Positions 20,388 to 29,988 of a DNA stretch of 64,000 nucleotides are shown in pieces. Under the pieces are notes generated by a model, which did no database searches, was not told the origin of the DNA, and saw only the letters and a program-made list of their open reading frames with translations. A program made the translations under genes and the position numbers. Position 1 is the first letter of the stretch. Every line of letters begins with the position of its first letter. This DNA is from Cyanobacteria bacterium P01_A01_bin.123 (GTDB taxonomy: Bacteria > Cyanobacteriota > Cyanobacteriia > Phormidesmidales > Phormidesmidaceae), in NCBI GenBank assembly GCA_039815185.1, contig JBCBZT010000016.1, positions 32,001-96,000 of the forward strand, written 5' to 3'.

Positions 20388-21053
20388 TTATTCAAAAAAA
20401 ATGAACTCATAGTCTCCGGTGTATCCAAAGTGTCGATAAAGCCAAATCCATTCGGATACATCAAAGAAAGATTCTGCCGTGAGTGCCCAGCATTGAAGAT
20501 TGAACTGTTCTTGCTCATTACGATAGCTCTCGAGCATGACATAACTTTGTTGCCCAATGCGCTCAACTTCTTGTAAGGCAGACTTTAACTCAAACAACCG
20601 CAGGTTGTGCAGCGTTCCTAAGGAAATTACCAGATCAAACTCATCGTCTTCAAAGGGATAGGGATCTTGAGCCTTATGCTTAAACAAGAAAGAGGAAACT
20701 TCTGACTTGGCATTAGCTAGCCCGTGTGTGGAAATATCAAACCCGCAAACTATTAGGTTAGGCTGCAGTTTTTGGAGTTCATATAGCAAAAATCCCTTAC
20801 CACACCCAACGTCTAGCACCTTTGAGCCAGGCCCTAACCCATAGGTTTGAATCAGGGCTTCGGCAACCGATTGCCATCGCCCTGGAATATAGTGGTAACC
20901 TCCATAACCATAGCGCCGATCGCCATCCCAATAATCCACCTCATACTGCTTGGCGATCTTCATGCAGTGAACTTTCTCGTCGATCATTCGAGCTAAATAG
21001 TTACGCTGAGTCGCCTTGTGTAAGGGTGTGACAAAGTTACGCAGTTGCCCCAA
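20388..21053 (-). CDS. Class I SAM-dependent methyltransferase
   Basis: YWDGDRRYGYGGY, VLDVGCGKG; likely TTG start at 21053 after GAGGAG (ORF open to 21068). Confidence 0.85.
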   Translation of the reverse strand: MGQLRNFVTPLHKATQRNYLARMIDEKVHCMKIAKQYEVDYWDGDRRYGYGGYHYIPGRWQSVAEALIQTYGLGPGSKVLDVGCGKGFLLYELQKLQPNLIVCGFDISTHGLANAKSEVSSFLFKHKAQDPYPFEDDEFDLVISLGTLHNLRLFELKSALQEVERIGQQSYVMLESYRNEQEQFNLQCWALTAESFFDVSEWIWLYRHFGYTGDYEFIFFE

Positions 21054-21483
21054 TGGGAGTCTCCTCATTAGACAATGATGAATGGGGTAACGTCACCAGG
21101 CAGTACGGTAGCGTCTGGCGGATTTGCCAAAGCGTTTCAATGCGATCGCGCTCTTGATCATCTTCTATGGATAACCCCTCAACCGCAAAATATAGCCCCT
21201 TACCGGAACCCAGAATCTGGTCATAGACTCGCTGGCGGTCAGTCCTATTCTCCGGTAGTTGAAACAAACTGTAAGCTACTATCCCATCCATAGTAGAAAG
21301 CTCATTCAACACTTGTTCAAGCATTAAGTGGCATCCTGCCATAGCATATTCTGCTGCACTAAGTAGATATTGAAAATGATTGCGATCGCAGTAGTCTCGA
21401 ATCACCAAATTCTGGACATGCTGCGGCACCCGCTCTCCCATAAATGGACGACTAAAGATGTAGCCCTTGACTTTCTTACTCAT
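21037..21483 (-). CDS. Sporadic carbohydrate cluster protein (LIC12192-like)
   Basis: GYIFSRPFMGERVPQHVQNLVIRDYC, LSAAEY, YSLFQLP; next to the 2OG oxygenase as recalled for this family. Confidence 0.75.
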   Translation of the reverse strand: MSKKVKGYIFSRPFMGERVPQHVQNLVIRDYCDRNHFQYLLSAAEYAMAGCHLMLEQVLNELSTMDGIVAYSLFQLPENRTDRQRVYDQILGSGKGLYFAVEGLSIEDDQERDRIETLWQIRQTLPYCLVTLPHSSLSNEETPIGATA

Positions 21484-22271
21484 GAATTTGGCAAGCGATA
21501 ATCCATTCCTGCTCGGGACGCAGCCCGGAGCGTAATCGGTTCAAAGAACTCACCAATCTTTTTATCCTTATAAGGCGTAAACACGCCCTTAAAGCGGCAA
21601 TTCATTGACCACCGAGTCTCAGTTTCGGTGTTGATTCGATTCCCGTGGGGTAACCCCTGGTTAAAGATCAATACCTGTCCATAATCCACCTTGAGCCATT
21701 TCACCTCAGACGCGATCGCTTGATAAAGCTCTTCACTACTAGCCCCTGCCTTTTCCTGAAAGGACTGGTTTAAGCGCCGTGTCGGCTCTGGCGGCAGCAG
21801 ATACATCGCTTTCGTACCGTAGCAATCCACCAAAGGTATCCACACCACCACTTCAAACGGGGAATCCCCAGACCAAGTATCTGCATGGACAGGTAATAAA
21901 GAGCTATCATCTCCCGGGTATTGAATACTTAAATTTACCCGCAGTTGCATAGCCAACTCGTTACCGACTAGCGCTTCCAAATAGGGCTGTGCCACTCGAA
22001 AGTACATCCAACGGAACTTTTCTAGCGTATTCATTCCCCGAATGATGCGCAGCCGAAAGGGATTCAGCTCTACCACAGGCGCCCATTGATGAATAGAATT
22101 TAATAATTCAGCGCCGCCCTGCTTCTGCTTCTGCTCAATATTGCCGTGAATTAAACTGATTATCTGCTCTCGAAGCCACTCCAACGCTGCTAAATCAGTC
22201 ACAGGTCTAATAATATATCCCTGCTGCAGATATTCCTCAGAAATCTGCTGATCTGCTGCTGATAAAAACAT
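21480..22271 (-). CDS. Sporadic carbohydrate cluster 2OG-Fe(II) oxygenase
   Basis: HADTWSG (HxD), distal PHGN His, ETRWSMNCR. Confidence 0.82.
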   Translation of the reverse strand: MFLSAADQQISEEYLQQGYIIRPVTDLAALEWLREQIISLIHGNIEQKQKQGGAELLNSIHQWAPVVELNPFRLRIIRGMNTLEKFRWMYFRVAQPYLEALVGNELAMQLRVNLSIQYPGDDSSLLPVHADTWSGDSPFEVVVWIPLVDCYGTKAMYLLPPEPTRRLNQSFQEKAGASSEELYQAIASEVKWLKVDYGQVLIFNQGLPHGNRINTETETRWSMNCRFKGVFTPYKDKKIGEFFEPITLRAASRAGMDYRLPNS

Positions 22272-22273
22272 GA

Positions 22274-23203
22274 TCAACGCTTAATGAGTTGCTTACTCAT
22301 AACATCACGTAGCGTTTTAACAGTAATCCCCCAATGCTTCAGTAATGAGTTTTGGCTACCATACTGATCCGAGAAACGATCAGGAATGCCGATTCGTCTG
22401 ATCTTGGCCGCTTGCTCTGGCAAATGATCGCTGCAAAGTTCCAATACTGCACTACCTAAGCCCCCAATACGCGTATGCTCCTCGACAGTTACAACCCTTT
22501 CAACCTGAGGTAGCCATCGGCTTATAATCTCCTGGTCTAAAGGTTTAATGGTATGGAAATGCAGCACTCCACAAGTAATATCCTCTACCTGTAACTGTTC
22601 CGCAGCCTCAAGAGCCAGTTGAGTCATCACGCCTGTGGTGATAAACAACCCTTCGCCTGGTTCTCGTAATAATGTGCCCTTACCTATTTCAGAGCCAAGT
22701 TCAGTTTGACTAACAATTTTATCCCCGCCCTTAGCCAAGCGAATATAGATAGGATGGGGCCAATCCACTGTCTGTGGCATCAAACGTCCCATTTCTTCTG
22801 CGTCACAAGGGGCCAAGATCGTCATATTAGGTAGCGATCGCAGAAGAGAAATATCTTCAACTGCCAGATGCGTTGGCCCTAGAGGGGCATAAACGACTCC
22901 GCCACCATTAGCAATGAGCCGAACGGGCAAATCTTGAAGACATAAATCTAAGGCTATCTGCTCATAACAACGTCGAGTTAAAAAGGTGGCGATGGTATTG
23001 ACGTAAGGAATCAATCCCTCTATGGCTAACCCAGCCGCCATGCCGATGATATGCTGCTCACTCACCCCTTCCATGAAAAAACGATCAGGCATAGCAGCCT
23101 TCATGTCAGCCAGCACACCCGATCCTAGATCAGAACCGATGAAAACAATTCGTTCATCGCTCTTGGCCAATTCATACACACTATTTAATGCTGTTCTACG
23201 CAT
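22274..23203 (-). CDS. Transketolase-like C-terminal subunit
   Basis: EGVSEQ, GPTH, IYIRLAK, TVEEH..GGLGS. Confidence 0.9.
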   Translation of the reverse strand: MRRTALNSVYELAKSDERIVFIGSDLGSGVLADMKAAMPDRFFMEGVSEQHIIGMAAGLAIEGLIPYVNTIATFLTRRCYEQIALDLCLQDLPVRLIANGGGVVYAPLGPTHLAVEDISLLRSLPNMTILAPCDAEEMGRLMPQTVDWPHPIYIRLAKGGDKIVSQTELGSEIGKGTLLREPGEGLFITTGVMTQLALEAAEQLQVEDITCGVLHFHTIKPLDQEIISRWLPQVERVVTVEEHTRIGGLGSAVLELCSDHLPEQAAKIRRIGIPDRFSDQYGSQNSLLKHWGITVKTLRDVMSKQLIKR

Positions 23204-23212
23204 AGAATTTGA

Positions 23213-24019
23213 TCACACCAGACACTCATACATGGCAGCAATTTGCGCTTCACTAAGACGAGACTTGTGATGCCACTCTGGTTTACTTTCAGCAAAGGAC
23301 AGCCCTTTGCCCTTAACCGTATGGCAAATGATCGCAGTTGGTTTTTGGACATTTAAGGGTAAGCGATTGAGCAAATGCTCCAGCGCGGCAACATCATGAC
23401 CGTCAACCTCTTCTACTTCAAAACCAAAGCTCCGCCACTTGTCGGTCAAGGGTTCTAAATCCAAAACCTCTTGAGTAGGCCCGTAGGACTGAAGCTTGTT
23501 ATAGTCAACCAATACTGTCAGATTAGACAGTTTGTGTTTAGCCGCTGACATCGCAGCTTCCCACACTGAACCCTCGTTAATCTCGCCATCGCCAGTGACG
23601 ACCACCACTCGTTGGAGTTGATGTCGAATTTTTGCTGCTAAGGCCATACCTACGCCCATCGGCAAGCCATGACCCAATGCCCCCGTGGATGCCTCAATCC
23701 CCGGAACTTTTCCGCGTTCAGGATGACCACCCAGGCGAGAAGTTGATTTCCCAAAAGTTGCTAGTTCTTCCTTCGGAAAAAATCCTTTGTCGGTCAAAAT
23801 TGCATATAGCGCCAGACAACCATGACCCTTACTTAGAATAAAGCGATCGCGTTCTACCCAGTCAGGCTCATCAGGGCGATACTGCAAAAAAGAATCGTAG
23901 AGTACCCGCAAGACTTCAATAAGTGAAAGGGCAGGGCCAATATGCCCTCGCCCCCCGACTTCAATCATCTGGATGACCAGTCGACGAAGATCTTTAGACC
24001 GTTTATCCAAAAGCGTCAT
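23213..24019 (-). CDS. Transketolase-like N-terminal (TPP-binding) subunit
   Basis: LSKGH, STGALGHG, GDGE..EGS, HTVKGKG. Confidence 0.92.
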   Translation of the reverse strand: MTLLDKRSKDLRRLVIQMIEVGGRGHIGPALSLIEVLRVLYDSFLQYRPDEPDWVERDRFILSKGHGCLALYAILTDKGFFPKEELATFGKSTSRLGGHPERGKVPGIEASTGALGHGLPMGVGMALAAKIRHQLQRVVVVTGDGEINEGSVWEAAMSAAKHKLSNLTVLVDYNKLQSYGPTQEVLDLEPLTDKWRSFGFEVEEVDGHDVAALEHLLNRLPLNVQKPTAIICHTVKGKGLSFAESKPEWHHKSRLSEAQIAAMYECLV

Positions 24020-25716
24020 AGCCCCAAATGATCAGAAACGAGTTGCCTGTAGCCTAAGCGCAAATCCTTGAGAAGGGCGATCGCCTTTCCGAGCTGGATT
24101 TGTAGGATGTGCGCTTTCTCATCAGCTTTTGAACTGTCTGCCAACAAGCGCCGATGCCAGATTTCAGGCCGATAATCATTTAGCAGAATTAAGCACCAAA
24201 TTAATCCATACAGTGGCAAAGTCACTTGTAACCGAGGCACGATATGCTCACCATATATCTTCAAGCAGCCCTTCATCCATATCTGTTTTTGCAGTTCAGA
24301 CAAACGCATACCAGGATGAAAGACGAAGTCTGAAATCAGCTTTGTCGGATCATCCCAACCAAAATATTCGAAATCAATAAAGGTTATCGTTTCCGCCTGA
24401 GACTGAATCATATTGTGAAAACCAAAATCTGAAGGGCTTAGGGTTTGCTTGTCTCTAGGTAAAGCTTTATCAAATGCCGCGCCTGATTTTAGCCAGTTTT
24501 GTTTAACCCAAGCTGTAATTTCTCCCAATAGAGGTTCAAAGCTATGTTTAAAGAAGTTGTCAAGCTCTGAATGATTAGTTCTAGAGATCCTAAACTGTTC
24601 CAGGCGAACGCTAATTTGATTAGTAATATCAACACCACTCAAGCAGGCAGCAGATGCAAGCGGAAATTGTTTCCAAGATTTATCCTGACGATTTCCATGT
24701 AATTGGTCTATAAACGTTAAGCACAAGTGAATATGGTCTAAGTCAGTTTCATTCAAAGGATAACCGTCTATCCATTCATAGACACCAATACCCAAATCTG
24801 AATTCACATATATAGGCTTTGGCAAATGGTGCATCCCTTGCTTTAGAAGGTTAGAAATACCAAAAAACTCAGATCTAATTCGATCATGGTTTGGATCTAT
24901 TGGATAGACTTTAAGTTTTACAGTGGTTCCATCCCCAACAACACAGCTACTATCAGAGCCAACCCTAGCTTTATCATCTGTAGATAGGTCTACTCGATAG
25001 ACACCTGCATTTCCACCCTGCTTTAGTGGGTATACTGCTTCAACCCGTTGGTTAGTAAAGCGCTTACTCAAATTGACAATATCGCTTTGAGTCCAATGCC
25101 CGTTGATCTGACTATCAACTGCTTGCCAAGTTGAGGTAATGGTGACCGCTGACTGGCGCAAGTCAGCATCTTCGGAAAACTGAAGGTTAGGAGAAAACAG
25201 AATTTTCGTTAGCGCAAGCTCTTTTAAGCCCTCAAGAACTTCTGGCAAATCATCAATAAAAACGTCTAGATTGAGAGTCCTAATTCGATGCAGCTTTTCT
25301 GTTCGAGTACTTTCAAAAAAAAGTTGATGTAGGAAGGGTGATTGAGCTGCCAATAAGCCATGCTTTTTTAAGCAATCCCGTGCCGCTACTCTCAATGGTG
25401 TCCGAGAAGAGTCAAAATGACCATATTCGGTTTTGTGACTCACCACGATAACTTGATGGGCCCGTTGTTGACAACGCCAGAGAAATCGCTTAACGCCCGG
25501 AAACAGATCGGCATGATCGACTATACAGACTCCATAGGCTAAACCTTGAAGTCGCTGCCACAATAACTCTCCGTCGGGTTTAGATCTTGCGAAACTACGA
25601 ATTTGTTGTTTTGTCTTGACCTCATTGGGTAAAACCAGGTTCAATTGGGCTGCCGCAGCTAAAAATGCCCTGTCATACTTCAAAAGCGTGTTGTCTAAGT
25701 CAACACCAATTCTCAT
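24016..25716 (-). CDS. HAD-like phosphatase fused to an APH/choline-kinase-like phosphotransferase
   Basis: MRIGVDLDNT (DxDxT) and FIDD; C-terminal SPSDFGFHN and IDFEYFGWDD; ATG at 25716 lies just after the upstream stop. Confidence 0.78.
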   Translation of the reverse strand: MRIGVDLDNTLLKYDRAFLAAAAQLNLVLPNEVKTKQQIRSFARSKPDGELLWQRLQGLAYGVCIVDHADLFPGVKRFLWRCQQRAHQVIVVSHKTEYGHFDSSRTPLRVAARDCLKKHGLLAAQSPFLHQLFFESTRTEKLHRIRTLNLDVFIDDLPEVLEGLKELALTKILFSPNLQFSEDADLRQSAVTITSTWQAVDSQINGHWTQSDIVNLSKRFTNQRVEAVYPLKQGGNAGVYRVDLSTDDKARVGSDSSCVVGDGTTVKLKVYPIDPNHDRIRSEFFGISNLLKQGMHHLPKPIYVNSDLGIGVYEWIDGYPLNETDLDHIHLCLTFIDQLHGNRQDKSWKQFPLASAACLSGVDITNQISVRLEQFRISRTNHSELDNFFKHSFEPLLGEITAWVKQNWLKSGAAFDKALPRDKQTLSPSDFGFHNMIQSQAETITFIDFEYFGWDDPTKLISDFVFHPGMRLSELQKQIWMKGCLKIYGEHIVPRLQVTLPLYGLIWCLILLNDYRPEIWHRRLLADSSKADEKAHILQIQLGKAIALLKDLRLGYRQLVSDHLGL

Positions 25717-25717
25717 G

Positions 25718-26827
25718 CTAGAGGAAAAATCTGTTGAGTTGATTGGCAATGTCAATAACATCCTGCGCTTGTAGATATTGATGAATCGGCAGGGTTAAAA
25801 TCTTGGCAGCTTGATGCTCAGTAGATGGAAAGCTACCGGAGCCATAATTCAGGTCTTTAGACGCGGGTTGTAAATGAATGGGAACCGGATAATGGATTGC
25901 AGTTTCGATGCCATGATCTGACAAATAAGCTTTCAAGCCCTCTCTCTGATCAGTTTGAATCACGAAGGTATGGTAAGTATTAAACTCTTCTGGCTGATCT
26001 TCAGGGATAAATGCATGGGTTTGATCAATAGTCTGTCGGTAAAGGGATGCATTTCGCCTGCGTTTTTCAATAACCCCCTCAAGCTCAGTCAGCCGATAAC
26101 GAAGAATTGCGGCTTGTAAAGTATCCATTCGAGATACATATCCAAAGCGCTCTACGGTATTTCGGTCTACCATGCCATGATTCCGCATCGAACGAATCTG
26201 ACTGGCGATCGCGTCATCATCTGTTACTAAAAAACCAGCATCACCACAAGCATTCAAATTTTTCAAAGGATGTGCTGAAAAACAACCGACCTTACCCCAC
26301 CGACCACTGGGAATCCCCTGATATTTTGAGCCAATAGACTGAGCTGCATCTTCAATGACCGGAATGCCATAACGATTAGCAATTTCCATAATCTGATCCA
26401 TCCGTGCCATGCGCCCTGTCAAGTGGACGGGCATGATCGCTTTAGTCCGCGATGTAATAGCTTGTTCAATTTTCTCAGGATCAATATTTTGATCAAGTAA
26501 CACATCTGCAAACACTGGTTTGGCCCGCAAATGCACAATCGCTGCTGTGGATGCAATGAAAGAATTCGGGGGCGTAATCACTTCATCGCCTGGTTTAACA
26601 CCTAGGGCTAATAACCCGCATACCAAAGCATCTGTTCCACTGTTTAGTGCAACACAGTGCTTAGTCTGACACAACGTTGCTGCTTGATTTTCAAACTCTT
26701 CAATGATCGAACCGCCAACATATTGGCCCGAAGCGAGCACCGCTTCTACAATGGGTAAGAGGTCATCACGCTCAGCTTGCCATTGGGCGGCTAGATTGAC
26801 GTAAGGGACTGTCTGCATCAAATTCAA
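25718..26827 (-). CDS. DegT/DnrJ/EryC1/StrS aminotransferase
   Basis: NSGTDAL, EDAAQS, FSAHPLKNLN. Confidence 0.92.
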   Translation of the reverse strand: MNLMQTVPYVNLAAQWQAERDDLLPIVEAVLASGQYVGGSIIEEFENQAATLCQTKHCVALNSGTDALVCGLLALGVKPGDEVITPPNSFIASTAAIVHLRAKPVFADVLLDQNIDPEKIEQAITSRTKAIMPVHLTGRMARMDQIMEIANRYGIPVIEDAAQSIGSKYQGIPSGRWGKVGCFSAHPLKNLNACGDAGFLVTDDDAIASQIRSMRNHGMVDRNTVERFGYVSRMDTLQAAILRYRLTELEGVIEKRRRNASLYRQTIDQTHAFIPEDQPEEFNTYHTFVIQTDQREGLKAYLSDHGIETAIHYPVPIHLQPASKDLNYGSGSFPSTEHQAAKILTLPIHQYLQAQDVIDIANQLNRFFL

Positions 26828-27930
26828 GTTTGCGAGTTATAAAAAGAGCTGACAGTGTCTATGACATAGTCCATTTCCGCTTGAGATAAATGCTGATCAC
26901 ACGGGAACGAAATAATAGTCTTCGCATGGCGATCGGATACTGGGAAATCACCCTCTTGATGATTGAGATGATCGAGCGCTGACTGACGGTAGATAGGAAT
27001 AGGATAATGAATCTTTGCTTCAATCCCATTGTCAAGACAGTATTGAAGTAACGCGTCTCGATCTTCTGCAAAAACAATATATAAATGATAGACAACTCTA
27101 AAGTCTGTGGGTCGAGGCGGTATTTTAATCCCAGGTATTACACCCAGTCCTTCATCATAATATTTAGCATTTTCAATCCGTCTTTGAGCAATGTCCTCAG
27201 TTTGAGGAATTAGCCAATTGCCAACCACTGCCTGTATTGTATCTAGCCTTGAGTTGTAGCCTAAGATTTGAACCGTATCTCGATCTAACAAACCATGATT
27301 GCGGAGTAAACGTAGCTTATCTGCGATCGCATCGTCATCGGTTACGATAATCCCGCCATCAGACCAAACATTCAAATTCTTTAGCGGATGAAGAGAAAAG
27401 GTTCCGGTGTTACCCCAAGTTCCGGCATTCTTTCCTTCAATAGCACCCAAAATTGATTGGCAGGCATCCTCAACAATTGGCAAATTGTACTTTTGAGCTA
27501 GCGGTAATAGTTGCCTCATGTCGGTCATGTAGCCTGTAAAGTGTACAGGAACGATTGCCTTCGTACGCTCTGTAATGACAGATTCAACTTGCGAAACGTC
27601 CATACAGAAAGTATCATCACAATCGACAAACACGGGTTTGGCACCGATTTCAGCGATTGCTCCAACCGTAGCGACAAATGTATTTGCAGCGGTGATTACT
27701 TCATCTCCAAATCCGACACCCAATGCTTTTAAGGACAGTTTAATCGCATCAGTGCCAGAATTAACACCGATGGCATGCTGAGTTCCAATGAGTTTTGCAA
27801 ATCTAGACTCAAATTCCTGTAGTGGCTTTCCCAGGGTAAAATCACCCGTCGGAACAAACCGTTTTAACGCTGCCCAGAGATCTTCACAATCAGCGAACTG
27901 CTGCTGGAGATAAGAATATCGAACTTGCAT
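26824..27930 (-). CDS. DegT/DnrJ/EryC1/StrS aminotransferase
   Basis: NSGTDAI, EDACQS, FSLHPLKNLN. Confidence 0.92.
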   Translation of the reverse strand: MQVRYSYLQQQFADCEDLWAALKRFVPTGDFTLGKPLQEFESRFAKLIGTQHAIGVNSGTDAIKLSLKALGVGFGDEVITAANTFVATVGAIAEIGAKPVFVDCDDTFCMDVSQVESVITERTKAIVPVHFTGYMTDMRQLLPLAQKYNLPIVEDACQSILGAIEGKNAGTWGNTGTFSLHPLKNLNVWSDGGIIVTDDDAIADKLRLLRNHGLLDRDTVQILGYNSRLDTIQAVVGNWLIPQTEDIAQRRIENAKYYDEGLGVIPGIKIPPRPTDFRVVYHLYIVFAEDRDALLQYCLDNGIEAKIHYPIPIYRQSALDHLNHQEGDFPVSDRHAKTIISFPCDQHLSQAEMDYVIDTVSSFYNSQT

Positions 27931-27933
27931 TTT

Positions 27934-28923
27934 CTACTGTAGGTTAAGGGATTGCATCCGTCGAATATTAAAGTATCGCTCATCCTCTAAGGAGTTAGGG
28001 AGTAATCCTGTTTCAAATGCGTCCTTAAGGCCCATAATCGCGTCACGAATTGTACACTTTGGCACAAAACCTAATTTATCTGCGATCTTTTTAGAAGATA
28101 TATGGTAAGAACGATTATCGTCTGTGGGTGTAACCACCAATTTCACATCGTCCCCCATCACAGCCTGAACCATTTCGGCTAGCTCCAGTACCGACTGGTT
28201 TTCATATCCCGCATTAAAGATTTCCCCCGCCACCTTTTCCGCTGGGCTGCGCAGCAAAACTAAATAGCTCTCCACCATATCAGCGATATGAATGTTGGGC
28301 CTGAGTTGTTTACCCCCAAACACGCTGATTTCTCGCTTGTGGTAAGCCAAATTCGACAGAATATTGACGACGACATCCAACCTTTGACGCGGCGAATAAC
28401 CACAGACCGTTGCCGGTCGGATCGTTACCGTTGTAAACGCTGGGGATTGATACTCAGCCAAAATTCGCTCACACTCGGCCTTAAATTTTGAGTAATCAGT
28501 CAGCGGCTCCAGAAGCATCTCCTCATGAACATTGGCTTCTTGCTTGATGCCATAGACAGACGAAGAAGACGCATAAATAAATCGCTGTATGCCAGCAGCT
28601 TGAGAAACTTCTACTAGTGGTCGAAAGGCATCCAGATTAATGGATTTTCCTAAAGTCGGGTCTAGCTCAAAACTAGGATCATTTGAGATGCAGGCGAGAT
28701 GGATTACCCCATCATGTCCCGGAACGCTTTTCTGCAACAGCTCAACATCCCGAATATCTCCTTTGATGAGGGTTAGATTGGGGTGGGGTTGTAAGACGTC
28801 CTCCCCATAAATCATCAAATCCAGAACCGTTACCGCATAGCCCTCGGCCAACAAGCGGGGAACCAATACAGCCCCCACGTAACCTGCCCCACCAGTCACA
28901 TATATGTTGCTTAACCCAGTCAT
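27934..28923 (-). CDS. NAD-dependent epimerase/dehydratase
   Basis: TGGAGYVG, ISNDPS, YSKFK. Confidence 0.9.
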   Translation of the reverse strand: MTGLSNIYVTGGAGYVGAVLVPRLLAEGYAVTVLDLMIYGEDVLQPHPNLTLIKGDIRDVELLQKSVPGHDGVIHLACISNDPSFELDPTLGKSINLDAFRPLVEVSQAAGIQRFIYASSSSVYGIKQEANVHEEMLLEPLTDYSKFKAECERILAEYQSPAFTTVTIRPATVCGYSPRQRLDVVVNILSNLAYHKREISVFGGKQLRPNIHIADMVESYLVLLRSPAEKVAGEIFNAGYENQSVLELAEMVQAVMGDDVKLVVTPTDDNRSYHISSKKIADKLGFVPKCTIRDAIMGLKDAFETGLLPNSLEDERYFNIRRMQSLNLQ

Positions 28924-28985
28924 TCCCTTAGTCCCCCCAATCCTCCATCATACAAAACACCTGACGCCTACTATCTCTCCGACCA

Positions 28986-29972
28986 TCAGGCGTCAGGGGT
29001 AAGATACTTGAACCAGTCTTTAGTTGCCGTTGCAATGGTTTCTGGGGTCCATACTGGTGCTTCTCTCCAGTAGTCAATTTGCTTCAAAACTTCAGCAACC
29101 CCCTGCTCAATCGAGATTTGCGGCAACCATCCTAAATCGCGTTTTACCTTACTGATATCTGCAAAGGTACAATCAGGTTCCCCTGGACGTTTGGGGATGT
29201 AAATCTTATCCCCACCCAACAACTCCACCAGCCGATTTACAGAGACTGTCTGATCGCTGCCAATGTTGTAGATCTCCCCAACGCGATCGCTTTTAGCAGC
29301 CGTTAACAACGCCGCTGCAATGTCAGTCACATAGGTAAAATCCCGAGTTTGAGTACCATCCCCCACAATGGTATAAGGCTGTCCGTTCAACTTTTGAGCT
29401 AAAAACACCCCAAAAACGGCTCCATAGGTACCCGAAGTGCGAGATCTGGGGCCATAGACATTAAAGAACCTCAAGGAGAGCGCTGGCAGTTTATAGACTT
29501 GGGCCCAGTGCATAACTAACTCTTCCCCCAGCCGCTTAGTTAAAGCATAGGGATATTGGGGCCGGATTTCAGCCGTCTCAGGGGTTGGATAAGTATCTGG
29601 AATACCATAGCAAGAAGAAGAAGCTGCATAAACAAAGCGCTTTACTTCAGCCGCTACACTAGCCTGAGCTACGTTGAAAGTGCCATTGACGTTGGCTCGA
29701 AAATAGGCATCAGGGTTCTGAATGCTGGGCACAATATCTGCCAAAGCCGCCAGATGAAAGACCCAATCAACCCCTTGAAATTGGTTGATCCAATCGCCCT
29801 GCACTGATAGATCACACTCGTAAAGATCGACTTTTGCTCGAACATGATCTAGATTTTCTGGTCGGCCAGTACTGAAATTATCCAGTACAACCACCTGATG
29901 TCCTTGAGTCAGGAGCGCATCTACTAGATGACTACCAATAAAACCGGCTCCCCCCGTGACAACAGACTTCAT
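28986..29972 (-). CDS. NAD-dependent epimerase/dehydratase
   Basis: TGGAGFIGSHL, YALTK, RFFNVYGP. Confidence 0.9.
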   Translation of the reverse strand: MKSVVTGGAGFIGSHLVDALLTQGHQVVVLDNFSTGRPENLDHVRAKVDLYECDLSVQGDWINQFQGVDWVFHLAALADIVPSIQNPDAYFRANVNGTFNVAQASVAAEVKRFVYAASSSCYGIPDTYPTPETAEIRPQYPYALTKRLGEELVMHWAQVYKLPALSLRFFNVYGPRSRTSGTYGAVFGVFLAQKLNGQPYTIVGDGTQTRDFTYVTDIAAALLTAAKSDRVGEIYNIGSDQTVSVNRLVELLGGDKIYIPKRPGEPDCTFADISKVKRDLGWLPQISIEQGVAEVLKQIDYWREAPVWTPETIATATKDWFKYLTPDA

Positions 29973-29988
29973 GAAAGCTATTCCTTGC

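Noticed and set aside
25717..25761. 15-aa N-terminal extension of the HAD-kinase ORF
   Set aside because: Overlaps the upstream aminotransferase; the HAD motif starts right after the ATG at 25716
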